Both the position numbers and the translations under genes were made by a program. Shown here in pieces: positions 37,164 to 49,324 of a stretch of DNA of 64,000 nucleotides (its first letter is position 1; each line of letters opens with the position of its first letter). Source of the stretch: Octopus bimaculoides (Eukaryota); NCBI RefSeq assembly GCF_001194135.2, contig NC_068998.1, positions 24,755,975-24,819,974 of the forward strand, written 5' to 3'. A model generated the notes under the pieces. The model was not told the origin of the DNA and did no database searches. It worked only from the letters and a program-made list of their open reading frames with translations.

Positions 37164-39827
37164 TTTGTATATTAGCAATAGTCATAAGGATATAGACTAT
37201 GAAATCTTGTTCACCATCAACATTTATTTCTTTTTTAGTTTACAAATTCATACAGCATTTTATGATTATTACGACCTACACATGTTTCCAAAGCGCAGAC
37301 CATGAGCAGTAGCATAAGCAACAGGGCATAATTTTCGGAGCAGCTTCTTTCAGAGCCTCTCAACCAGCTAGACTCGAAGCGAACTGATTATAGTTAGCTG
37401 TTTGTCGTTTAGGAAACGAGGTGAGGTTGTTTTGAATGTAGAATCTGATCTGTCTCTCAACTTATGTGGTTGATCTCGGTTTCACACTTTGCATAACATT
37501 TCCAACGTCGAGAAAGAAACTACAGGAAAAAAATATTCAAGTTCTTCAAAGCCATAGAGCTCTCCATCTTAATAGAAGAGGAACAAACACACCACAGTTA
37601 ACTTCTTTGATGTTACATTTGATCTAAGCACCAGCCTATTCGAAACACACCATAAACGTAACAACAGCCTTAAATACATAATCTACAGTAGCAATAATCC
37701 CAAATGCATAATGTAATCCATAGTCAGAAATATTTCCATCCGCACATCCAGACTGTCGGCTAACTAGGAGATATTTAGACTAATCCAGAAATACTATAAC
37801 AAAGCGTTAGAGGGCGCAGGATTCAAAGATAAATTAGTGTACAGTCCTGTGAACGAAGCCAAAATAGATAAATATAATAAGACAAGCCTAGAATCGCAAG
37901 TTTCATCCTAAGAACCCATAGTAACCAGATAGTCCCCATAAGGGGATAGACAAAATAAGAAAATGGAGGGATGAATACATAAGTTACAACCAAAAATATG
38001 GAGTTCAGACGATAATAAAAAAGATACAAACACGAAGGAATATCAGGACCAACTACACAGTGGAAATAACAGCAGAAGCTATAGTACGCTGAACCTTAGG
38101 AGTGAAGTAAAGTACTCCAGGCGTACACATACACAACACACGACAAAGAAATACGATAGCAAGAGCCTAACACACCCGGACAGCTTCCACAGGAAAAAGA
38201 AAGGCCCTAACATTAACAACCACACAATATATTATAATGCCCAAAGTAATAGGAAATCCAGGACTACTGTGTGGTACAATGATGGATTCAGGAAACAAAC
38301 AATTTCCAACATTCCGAAGTAGTTTTACACGGCGATCGAGAAACAATTTCTCAAGTCTAGTAAATGCCACAGAATATTCAATACGCACAATGCCCCGCTC
38401 ACTTTTCCCATAAGCCATACCGTAGTACATAAAATAGCGACGGACCGATAAAAGTAGTAGACTAGATAAAAAAAAAATGAACCCATCAACTGGGAATTTT
38501 GATAATATTAAACGGGCTGTGAGGGTAAGAATAGTTAATAACAGAAGAGACCCGAAAGCTAACACCAACATAACACACACTTTAGTGGGCTAGTAGTCAA
38601 GGAAAGACAACTTCAACACAAGCCTATGACTCCACAGGACAGGGAGAGGGAATCACTAGAAATAGCAGCCCACAAACACTTACGCATAGAAAGCTTGGGG
38701 AAAATAGTAGATCGATTGAAAGAAGGGCAGCAGAGACATGTATCAGGAACTATAACACAATAAATAATAGAAATAGTTAACTAGTTCTCTGCAATTGTGC
38801 TCTAAATAAAGTATGCTTCTTAAATTCTAGATTTGTGACGTAGAGCCTAGTGCATAGACGCAAAATCACTTCTGAGGGAAGGACGTACGTTTATATAAGT
38901 GTCTCCTCGTTAAATTTAAAAAAAAAAGACTAGTTAATCATTTAAATTCATTTAGGGATAGAAATAAGATAAACAGCACGAGTAAACTAAGCAAACTAAC
39001 CTGATCCCTTAAAGATATGAACCATAGTTATACCATGGAGTGGAAGATAATTAGTACAGCTAAACCGTTTCGTGCAGGAGGAAATATCTCATATCTATGT
39101 ATAGAAGAAATGTACTAAATCTCTACATCGAGACAAATTTTTTAATAGCAGGCTGTAACACGGCTTAAGATTCTTGCAAAACATTTAAGAAATTTAACGA
39201 ACTTTCTAGACTACTCAATGTTCCACCCACAATTTGGTGGGACATGAAGGAGAGAAACACTCATGACATTGCTTTGTCATAACCAACCTAGTATATATTC
39301 TGTCTACTTTCTACCACCATGTACAAATACCAAAGCCACGAAAATATATGAATAACTAAAAACATTACAAGAACTATACTTGAAAGTAAGGTTATTAAGT
39401 ACCCAACTACTATAATGCACAACGAAGACTGCCAAAACAGTAACATTAACCTTGACCTAATTAGATAGAATCCTGACTCCGGCCAGCAACTGGTGTGAAA
39501 CAGAGATCAACCACAGAAACTGTTAAACAGTTCAGATTTCACATTCAAAACAACCTCCTCTCACTCCCCGTTGAACTTTGGCCAACAAACAACTAACTGT
39601 ATTCAGTTCGCTTCGAGACTAGCTGGTGGACAAACCCCAAAAGAAGCCGCACAGAAAATTATGCCCAGTTGCATGTGCAATTGCCTATAGCCTGTGCAGT
39701 GGAAACATATGTAAGTTATAATAGCCATAAAAATATGGTGTATGAAATTGTGAAATGAAAAGAAATTTATTTTGAGGAGGAACAAGTATCCGTACTCTAT
39801 ATCGTTATAATTATTGCTGATATACAC
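37164..39827 (+). mobile_element. 5'-truncated PLE (lineage 1) flanked by inverted pLTR-like arms 37164-37487 and 39493-39827
   Basis: Arms align in opposite orientation, e.g. gggcataatttt...gcttcttt, ccagctag(a/t)ctcgaagcgaactga, gaggttgttttgaatgt, tgtggttgatctc.gtttcacac; the interior is a PLE ORF remnant. Confidence 0.85.
37520..39220 (+). pseudogene. Decayed PLE RT thumb and GIY-YIG endonuclease
   Basis: Fragments TTVNFFDVTFDLST, SLKYIIYSSNNP, ISIRTSRLSAN*EIF, YYNKALEGAGFKDKL, TVWYN, RLVNHLNSFR, EWKIISTAKPF, LCIEE; collinear with 46533-48306. Confidence 0.8.
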
Positions 39828-40001
39828 TTCAGATAATATTACCATCCAAAGAAGCGAACACGGAATTACCCATCGGAGGAATTTACAGTGTGAGTGACAA
39901 TTCATAGTTGTCATAGACGTTAAATAGTTAACCGTAACCGGGAACATAACTGAGAGTCACTACAGTATCTATCTGGATAATATAATCCTCTAAACTCTCT
40001 G

Positions 40002-40039
<38 letters not shown>

Positions 40040-40089
40040 CCACATATACACATATATGTGTGTGTGCATATGTAAAATGCTTGGCTGTT

Positions 40090-40518
40090 GACCGTGTGGT
40101 AAGAAACTTACTTCCCAAGCATATATCTACAGGTGGCGCTTTGGGCACTGTCTTCTACTATAGCCTGGGTCCGACCAAAACTTATGAGTGGATTTGGTAG
40201 ACAGAAACTGAAAGTACGTCGTCTGTGTATGTATGTGTGTGTGTGCTTTTGTCTGTGTCTGTTTTGTCTGTGTCTGTTTTGTCTGTGTCTGTTTTGTCTG
40301 TGTCTGTTTTGTCTGCTTTTATCCCCCCACCACCTCTTGACAACCTGTATTGATGAGTTTACATCCATGTAAGGAAGCGGTTCGGCAAAAGTGAACGACT
40401 AAATAAGTACCAGACATTAAATAATAAGCACTGAAGTCGATTCATTCGACGAAAAATTCTTGATTGTTGAAGGCAGTACCACCACATGACTACAATCTAA
40501 CGACTGAAACACGTAATA

Positions 40519-40520
<2 letters not shown>
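40090..40520 (+). mobile_element. SINE family B with an internal 15-bp minisatellite (ttttgtctgtgtctg x4, 40247-40315)
   Basis: gtgtggtaagaaac head, tgtcttctactatagcc, gagtggatttggtagacagaaactgaaag, gcggttcggcaaaag. Confidence 0.85.
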
Positions 40521-40563
<43 letters not shown>

Positions 40564-40619
40564 GCACATACACACATACACATAGACGCACGCACACACA
40601 CACTCACTCACATATATTG

Positions 40620-40650
<31 letters not shown>

Positions 40651-40845
40651 TGTTGGGGATATGTTACATATCACAAACACAGGGATACTTTGTCTGGTCC
40701 ATTCTTTCCCCAAAATAGAATTCTTTGTGAATGTAACAATGGCTAGAATCTTAATGTCGTCTACATTTATGATGCAAACTGAAAAAAATATATTGCTATT
40801 TTTATCGCGAACTTAATTATCATGGTTTCAACACGTTGCAGCATG

Positions 40846-40883
<38 letters not shown>

Positions 40884-43800
40884 TCTAATGTATTTTCCCA
40901 ATGTTGAAGGCGTAAAAATAAAATGAAATAATATGAAATGTCAATTGAGAATGATTCTGACATAAAGACAGATAAAACTATGAAAATGTTACCCATTCCG
41001 TTTTCTCCAAAAATATTCAGAGATCTTGGCAAATCAATCAATTGATTACTATGTTCAAAGTTATTTTGATGTTGGATATTGGATGCGCCAAATTTTTCGC
41101 CAAGATGTTCAACTAAAACCTATTTAATTTTTGTGTGTGGTTTGCATTTCTATACGAGTATTTCCGTGATCTCGTTCGTGGCTAAATTTAATAGACGGAA
41201 CACAAACAGCTATGATTAAAGCTAGTCTTGCCATATTTAGAATTTTAATAAGAAAGTGTTGGGAGTTTGCCCCATTATCTCGTCTGCAAGAAATGTTTGC
41301 TCGACTGCTTTTAATTGTTTTCTGGGGGTGGCGGAGTTTTATATCTAAAGACAAATGTTTTCGAAATACCAAAAAAAAAGTACAATGAAATTGTTCTATT
41401 TTAGTGACTAACTATCAGAAATATTTCAAAATGGATATACAAAATGTTGCCGGGGTAACAATCACTTCATGATTATTGATACCATTGTGAAACATAGCAA
41501 TACTGGGAAAAAATATATAATTGTTAATCTAAATTATTTTAGTACATATGAATATACACGTATACATACATACATACATACATACATACGAACATACATA
41601 CATACATACACACATACACACATACATAAATACATACATGCATAATACCCACATACATACACATATACACAGAAACATACACACATACACACGCACATAT
41701 ATAAGTATGCATGCAGGCACACGTACACATATCCTTATATTTTTACATCACCTCAGATACAGGGTGATGCATGACGTCTGGAAGTCTACCGGCCAGCCGT
41801 AGCAATAGTTTAACTTCTTTGTGCTCCGTTCGCTCAGCATATTGCACTTCACCAAAACGGTGCTATGGGTGACTAAAAAATAGGATAGGATGTCTTAAGT
41901 ATTTTAAAAATAGTTTTATGGGGAAATATTGATAGCGCAAATATATACTGAATAGATATATATTCCAATGAGCATTGGAGGCAATAGCTGTCCCTTTTTT
42001 CATGCGGTAGAGAAAAAGTTAGGAATTTGCAAGAAATGGAGTCTTAATTTAGCTGACTGTAATATTTGCATCTACAAGAGAACCAAATAACTTACTGAGG
42101 AGCTAGTAGCACCGTAACGGTACCACTTTTGTTGAAAATACACAATATCGAAAATATAGTGACTCAACTAACAGTGTCGTGTTAAACTAAACTATTAAAC
42201 TAATAGTGTGCATATTAGTTTAAGAAGAAAAATCAAATCAGCGAGGGGTGTCGAAAGATTACTTTTTCGTAAAAGTATATAGTACTACGCTTAGATTAGG
42301 TTAAAACCCTAATCAATTGCTAATAGTGGCTGGATAATGTGTTTAAGGGATTCTATGCAAAATGAATGCCATACCACTTCATAATGGTATAAACTGATGG
42401 TACAAGAAAGAAGTGTAAGAGTAATATAAAAATAACAATAAGCACTATTTCCAAGGAGAAAAGTTTATGATAATGAGAGATTTTAATATCCGTGTTCTGC
42501 AGAAAACAAGAGATTCGATGTTAATAGCAAACATGGTGTTAGGAAATGTACAGCAAATGAAGATCTTCTCACTTTGTGCATTATCAATACCAACACTAGC
42601 TTCGAATAAAAGGCTGATGACGATACAACTAGTTGCATATGCCTTCGAACCAATGGCATTGATTGACTGCCGCGTGTCTAAACAAAATGAGAGAAAGCAT
42701 GTACGCACTAATAGGGCGACGAAAGCGGAAATCGATTCAGAATCTAGAAAATGTTTCTATCGATAATAGGCTTCGCTGTAGTTTCCAAAAGGAAAAAATC
42801 TAAATTCGTAAACCAAAGCGAGAAAGAATGCAGCGTATAAGAATTAAACAAATAAATTGGGTATAGATATTTGACGTGGCCCTGAGACAAAATCTAAGCC
42901 GCTTAGCACAAGAATCTATAACAGGTTTAACAATGTGCTTGCTAAATCAACAAACATCATACCTGACTTGTATGTAATTATATCACTTGTACTTCAATGT
43001 TAGTGAAGCGGAAGAATGCAATTCCCTGAAATGTTTCTGTGTTCGCAAGTCTTTGTGTATCACTGCAAAACTCAGAGAAATCAGCCGGACACTATAAATA
43101 AGCACCTTATAAATAAAGTTGATACTATAAGTAAACAACGCTGTCGGTTTACACAATAACGGACATGTGCAGCTTTTACCATGAATTTACCTTAAGAAAG
43201 TGATCACATACGGACTTCAGAAAACGAGTATCACTCAACTAAGTTTAATTGATACATTATCAATTCTCAATTGTACTTTAGTCGGACACCTTGTTATATG
43301 TATTGTTATCAAAGAATGGATTATCTGCCGAATGTAGAGATGAGTTGGTCGCATGCGGGGAAATTTCATTCATGTATTCACACACGCATAGACTCGCACA
43401 CACTCACATATGTATAAATGGGCGTTAGCACACACTCAAATATAATAAAAATCTTAGCCGTTACTCGCATGCGACAGGCGAACTTGTATCATGCATTTTT
43501 TACGCACCTATATATCCACATTATACTCTTGACCTGCATACCACTATTGATTCAATAGAGCAACGTGGTTGTGATAGGTGGAGAGAAATCTTCTGCATCA
43601 ATCGACTGGACCACATTTTCAGCTGAGTACACAAGAGCAACATGAAGTGAGGTTTTGCCACCTGGTATAGAAATCGAGACCGCAATTCTATCGTCAGTAA
43701 CTTTGCATACGCTTACTACTGGGATATACGTTTTCATATATACATTTGTATGCATATATTTAAGTATACACACTCATACATATACAAATATACTTTTACG

Positions 43801-43906
43801 TCATGTTATACAATAATATGTTATTAGTGTTCTCAATACGTTTTGTAGATTACGTGATTATTATACTTTTATGACTTTGAAGTCTCGGCCTGCTAGCCTT
43901 CATGAG

Positions 43907-43950
43907 ACAGTTCTATGAAGGTTACTAATCCGAAACTTCGAAGTCACTAT
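43907..43950 (+). ncRNA. Degenerate minimal hammerhead-like motif
   Basis: acagt-tctatga-a-gg...cc-GAAAC-ttcgaa-GTC-actat: GAAAC, palindromic loop III, GTC triplet and stem I (acagt/actat) present, CUGANGA core damaged. Confidence 0.35.
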
Positions 43951-44749
43951 TGACCCCTTTTCTTGTAAAAGCATAGTATATACACATATGTACATAGACA
44001 TACATACGTACGTAATACTATATACATATATAGTATATGCACATACAAACACATATACAAAGATTGTGAAATCTATTATTTCTATACGCAGTTCATGAAA
44101 CCAGACAATTGGTGTAAAGTATTTATTTTTTAGTCATTTAGCTATTTTACCAGCTATAAAAAATGATTGTGATGGAAACTATTCATCTACCCAGCTAACG
44201 GGTAGTCAGAGAAGAATGCCGGTGAATTCCGACTACTGTTGAATATTTCATATGGCCATAAGGTCCTGACAATGGCAGTTGGATATCTGTACATCATTCA
44301 TTGTATAAAAATACCCTCCTGTAGTTGAAAACTTAATGTTTGCAAGCCAGTACATATTATTTAATATCCTGTTCAGCTTTACTTAAATAATATGTACCGA
44401 ATTGCCGTTAGCATTTTCCTTCCTTTTCTCAGCCAATCAAGAACTTTTGTAGACGTCATTCAGTACATCATAGTTTATGTTCAAATTCATATCATGATCT
44501 TATTTGAATTATTTCTCTTATCACATTCTACTTTTAATTATGAATGTTTGTGGAACGAACAAGAGTATATNNNNNNNNNNCTTATCACATTCTACTTTTA
44601 ATTATGAATGTTTGTGGAACGAACAAGAGTATATACTTAAAGAGTTTGCTCCACACACATACACGTAGTTTCAAGTTCAATCCTGGTGCATAACCTATTT
44701 CAAGTGTGCAACGTAAATTTATGGAAGTCGGTCGTGTATGTGTATATGA

Positions 44750-44785
<36 letters not shown>

Positions 44786-45991
44786 ACATAAATAATTCTT
44801 TTCATCACTTCAACATGCCTTTTCTGTAGCAACCGACGTTACTAAAATTTTAACCCCAGGAGGTTTTTTGTCTTTGTTGTCGTACATATTCGCTCGCTTT
44901 CTCCCAAAATATTTAATGATCTGAGCTTAGATTTTTGGGGCCAGACAGATTTGAACAGTCTTAAGTGTAACCGGCCGAAACTGTAAGAATAATCTGTGTT
45001 GTCATGTCCGTCTACGTATCGCCTATCTATCTGGATGTTTTATTGTCGTCTGTTGTGATTCTTGATTCATTTTTTTTATTTATATATATATATACATATA
45101 CACGCGCCCGCATGCACATATGTATATAAGAGTCTGTTTGTGATATCTGAGTGTGTTTTGATGTGGGTGTGTGTACACGGACATAAACTGATTTCTTCCA
45201 CACTTGATTGCGGTTGCGCTTCATAGCAACCCCGCTATCAAGAGAGCAAAACCAGCAAAAAAAGAGTTATACTGATCACAAATTATTCGTAGCTTTTTTT
45301 TTTTTTTTTGGTTCTTCTATTTATATGAAAATTTATTTCCGTTAAGAGTAGAGATATTTACACTGTACTACGCTGACAATGACTAAAACACAGAAACGTG
45401 TGCATATTACACTTTAATTTATGGCCCACAAATTTAATTTCTAATTTCGCCTTCATTTTGGGAGTCACTGACTGCTGCCATTAAGTACTTTTATATTTCC
45501 CTTCTCCGTTTCAGAGAGAAATATAAATTTCTTTTGAACTTTATGAGTACTGCATTGTGTATGGCACATTTTTGTCTAATAATATCATTAGTCACTTCTT
45601 TTACTTTAGACAACGCTGTAGCATACTTATTTGCAGTTCCAGAAAGACAAAACCAATATCGTTCCCTGTAGCATTCGAACGCAGAAGAGTAAGTTTCAAT
45701 AAAGAAGTTGGACACAGTAGTGAATTAAATACAAATGCAATAAAGACATAATTGTTGCAATTTCCAGTCGTATTTCATTTGAAATCATTCAATACACTTC
45801 AGAATTTCAATTTGAAATTCAAGTATTTAACTATCACATGCATGTTACAAGTATAGTTGTCACTTATTTCTTATAACCAGCCACTAATAAGAAGCTGGTG
45901 TGCATATGTGCGTGCGTGTGTATATCTAAATACACAGTATACATTTATGTATATGAATGCATTTAAGTATAAGTATATGTCTATATGTGTG

Positions 45992-46051
<60 letters not shown>

Positions 46052-46475
46052 TGTGTGTGTTTGAATGTGTATAGATTGGTGTACATAAGTGAATATGACT
46101 AGGTGAACATATGCAAGAATTGATATGAATCGTATAGTGATACAAGTACAGCACTTTGATTCTATTCCGAGAGAACGTGTAAAAATACTTCAACTGTCAT
46201 TACGAATACGGATTAAAGAAAGAACGTAGCCACTTGATCAGGGACAGACATTTTTATGATGGAAATGTTTTATTTATAATAAATAGTTTATGTCCATAGA
46301 TGTTATTTTTCAATTTTGTTGGTTTAAAATTGCTTATTAACAGCATAATAAAAATCAATTAGCAGATCAGTCAATCAGACTTTAGAAATATTACACCTAA
46401 ATTGTGTATTGAATATGCTTCAACACTTCGAACTTACATAAAGAATTTTGCAAACCAAATCCAAGAACGAAATAC

Positions 46476-46522
<47 letters not shown>

Positions 46523-46532
46523 NNNNNNNNNN

Positions 46533-48306
46533 GGCACTCCTGGGAATCATCTGTACGGGTACCGTCTTGGGTAGAGGGCATCCAGAGGCAGGTAATTTAT
46601 TGGAAGGTGGATTATACAGGGACGACGCATTATTTGTAGTTAAAAATCCCTCGAATAGGAAACTAGAGCTCATTAAGAAAAACTTGCATAAATTCTTCAA
46701 AAGATTTGGACTAGCCATTTCTATAGAAAACGAACACACATCCATAAACTATTTAGACGCCAATTGGAAGCTAGCCACAGGACTACATGAACCATACATA
46801 AAGCCCAATACTAACCTAAAATACATAAATGCATCCAGCAACCACCCACTATTCCTCAAGAGAGGCTTAGCACATCGTATAAGCAATAGGATATCACGCT
46901 TCTCCTCTAACCAAGCTATTTTTAATAAGCATAAAGAAACCTACAACATCGCACTACATAAGGCAGGATTTAACTATAAAATTAAATTCATGGAATCCAA
47001 TAATCATAAAAAAGACCCAACTATAAGGAACCCAAACGCTAGAAACACACACATTACTAACACACCAAACACCGCTGGAAGCCACACTAACGATATGAAT
47101 GACAAAAATAAACATAACACATATGATAGAAATACAATACGTCCCAAAGCCAAACCACATAACACCAAACATACCAACAACAATGTAAACACCAATACCA
47201 ATAATATTAAAAGGACGATTAAGGTTAATAACGAGACGAAGCAGAAATGCAATAGCCACCTGAACAAAACCAATATTAAGCAATACAACGATAAGTTTAG
47301 TATAAATGACAGGGAGACCCAGCAGACTAAAAGAAACCATATATCAGGCCCACAAATACCTAACAATACTAACAAGGAAAAAAAATGAAAAGACGCATAC
47401 CAAAAATAAACCGAACTATAGAAATCAATTAGATAGCTGGAAAGAAAAATTCACCAGCCTCCCTAATTATGATGGCAGGTTCATTACCAGATATGGCCAT
47501 AATAGCAGCAAGAACAATAAGGATACGACCTGGCTGATCATTCCCTATAACATGAACCTCAAATCTAACATAGTCCGCTCGCTAATGAGCATAATAGATA
47601 AACACCTCAATGTGAACAATAAATACGCAGAAATATTTAAGAAGAAAATAAGAATAGGCCACAGCCTGACATGTAACGTAGCTACCATAATAGCCTCTAT
47701 TAATAATAAGAAATTAGACGCATTCTATACAGCTAGAAACACCACGAAGAACCAAATCAACAACCCCCCAAATAATAGAAATAACTCCAACCCTAATCCA
47801 ACACCCCTTACTAGGAGGGACGCACACCAAAAGAAAACAATAGGGCCACACAACAACACACAGACATAGACACCCCTTACAACCTATGTGGCTGTAGAGA
47901 TAGGAACAAATGTAATTTCTCCAATAGATGCAAGACAGATACTATAGTTTACCAATGTGACGTAAAAACAAACAACCACATTAAATCTTACATAGGTGCG
48001 ACGAAAAACCAAGTACGCCTTAGATATAATGAGCACCTATCTAGTTTTAAAAACAGAAATAAGGCAAATTCAACAGGGCTTAGTAAGTATATCTGGGAAC
48101 CAAACGACAATAAGATAGAATATAAACTAAAGTGGCACATACTAAAAGTAGCTAATTCCTATAACCCAACTAACAGACGCTATCAGTTCTGTTTAACCGA
48201 GTGCCTCGAGATCCTAACGGCTAATAACGACCTATTAAACAGGAGATATGAATCTAGTCTAATCTGTCTTCACGCTGCTAAATACTCATTCTCTAAGTAT
48301 AATTAA
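46533..48306 (+). pseudogene. Penelope-like retroelement ORF (RT C-terminal half, Cys knuckle, GIY-YIG endonuclease), two frameshifts; 5' part lost at gap or truncated
   Basis: YRDD at 46615-46626, INYLD, SSNHP thumb motif, TWLIIPYN, CGCRDRNKCNFSNRC (47887-47931), IVY...YIG (47944-47997), RYNEH, LSKYIW, stop at 48304-48306. Frame 1 to 47388, frame 2 to about 47800, then frame 1 again. Confidence 0.92.
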
Positions 48307-48711
48307 ATATATAATACATTACACATCCTAAGCTAAACTAAATATGCATAAAAGAATTTTCCTTCTAAGGATTATTAATTATAAGTAGATACGAATAAGA
48401 CAAGAGTTAGCCCCCTTTTCACCTAAATTTAGGGTTGCTCCCCTGTACTAACACCGCCGGTGCTATAAATATAAATATACGACGCATCCCTCAATCATAA
48501 AATCACGTGGAGATGCATTTGATTAAAACCGGAATAATGAGCTTAAATAGCACCCGTCCTACATCCCCTTACAGGAAGACCAACACAACTTCAACTAAAA
48601 CGTAAGGCTTTCTTTACCTATCGCTATTATTATACCACCATATACATTAATATACTCACTAATCACTTCTCCTACATCCCTCACACCACGAACTTTTAAC
48701 ATACTCCTCAA

Positions 48712-48763
48712 CATTCTGAAGAGATCTGCCAAACCATTGGCTAGATTGAAACGTACGTAAATG
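48712..48763 (+). ncRNA. Minimal type I hammerhead ribozyme in the PLE 3' pLTR
   Basis: catt-CTGAAGA-g[atct gccaa acca ttggc t agat]t-GAAA-C-gtac-G-T-A-aatg: full CUGANGA and GAAA core, bulged stem II, 2-bp stem III with a palindromic loop, GUA cleavage triplet (48757-48759), 4-bp stem I catt/aatg. Confidence 0.8.
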
Positions 48764-48836
48764 ACTATTACATAACATCCACAATGACTCACTGCATAAC
48801 CTCAACCTCCACAATGACTCATTACATAACCTCCAC
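48760..48836 (+). repeat. Three imperfect tandem units starting aatgact (48760, 48783, 48813)
   Basis: aatgactattacataacatccac / aatgactcactgcataacctcaacctccac / aatgactcattacataacctccac. Confidence 0.9.
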
Positions 48837-49096
48837 ATAATAAAACAACGGCTAACTAGCCCAACATAATTGCTTCTTGTATTTGTTGCTNNNNNNNNNN
48901 NNNNNNNNNNNNNNNNNNNNNNNNNNNNNNNNNNNNNNNNNNNNNNNNNNNNNNNNNNNNNNNNNNNNNNNNNNNNNNNNNNNNNNNNNNNNNNNNNNNN
49001 NNNNNNNNNNNNNNNNNNNNNNNNNNNNNNNNNNNNNNNNNNNNNNNNNNNNNNNNNNNNNNNNNNTATATATATATATATATATATATATATGTA

Positions 49097-49244
49097 AATA
49101 CGGCTGGCTTCAAATTTCCCTCTACTATGGCTTTGGTCGGCTCGAGGCCTCAGAAGAAAACACTTGTTGCAAAAGTTGCCACGCAGTGGAACTGAATCCG
49201 CAACCATGTGGTTAGGTAGTAAAATTCTTGCCACTCAGCCATTC
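49097..49244 (-). mobile_element. SINE family B, 5' half
   Basis: ggctttggtcggctcgagg, gaagaaaacacttg, ccacgcagtggaactgaatccgcaaccatgtggtt, ccactcagccat. Confidence 0.8.
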
Positions 49245-49324
49245 ATAAACAAATGCAAAACATTGTAAAAAAATTAGGCTAATAAGTGCGTACATACATA
49301 TAGGCATATAACCATATGTATTAC

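Noticed and set aside
41759-41790. TA-CAGGGTG start resembling a Tc1-type TIR
   Set aside because: No matching inverted copy or transposase remnant found in the window.
44517-44634. 54-bp exact direct repeat on either side of a 10-N gap
   Set aside because: Typical unmerged contig overlap, i.e. an assembly artefact.
46954-47375. Hydrophobic antisense ORFs (46954-47340, 47004-47375) and plus-strand 52808-53158
   Set aside because: Shadows of A/C-rich PLE coding strands.
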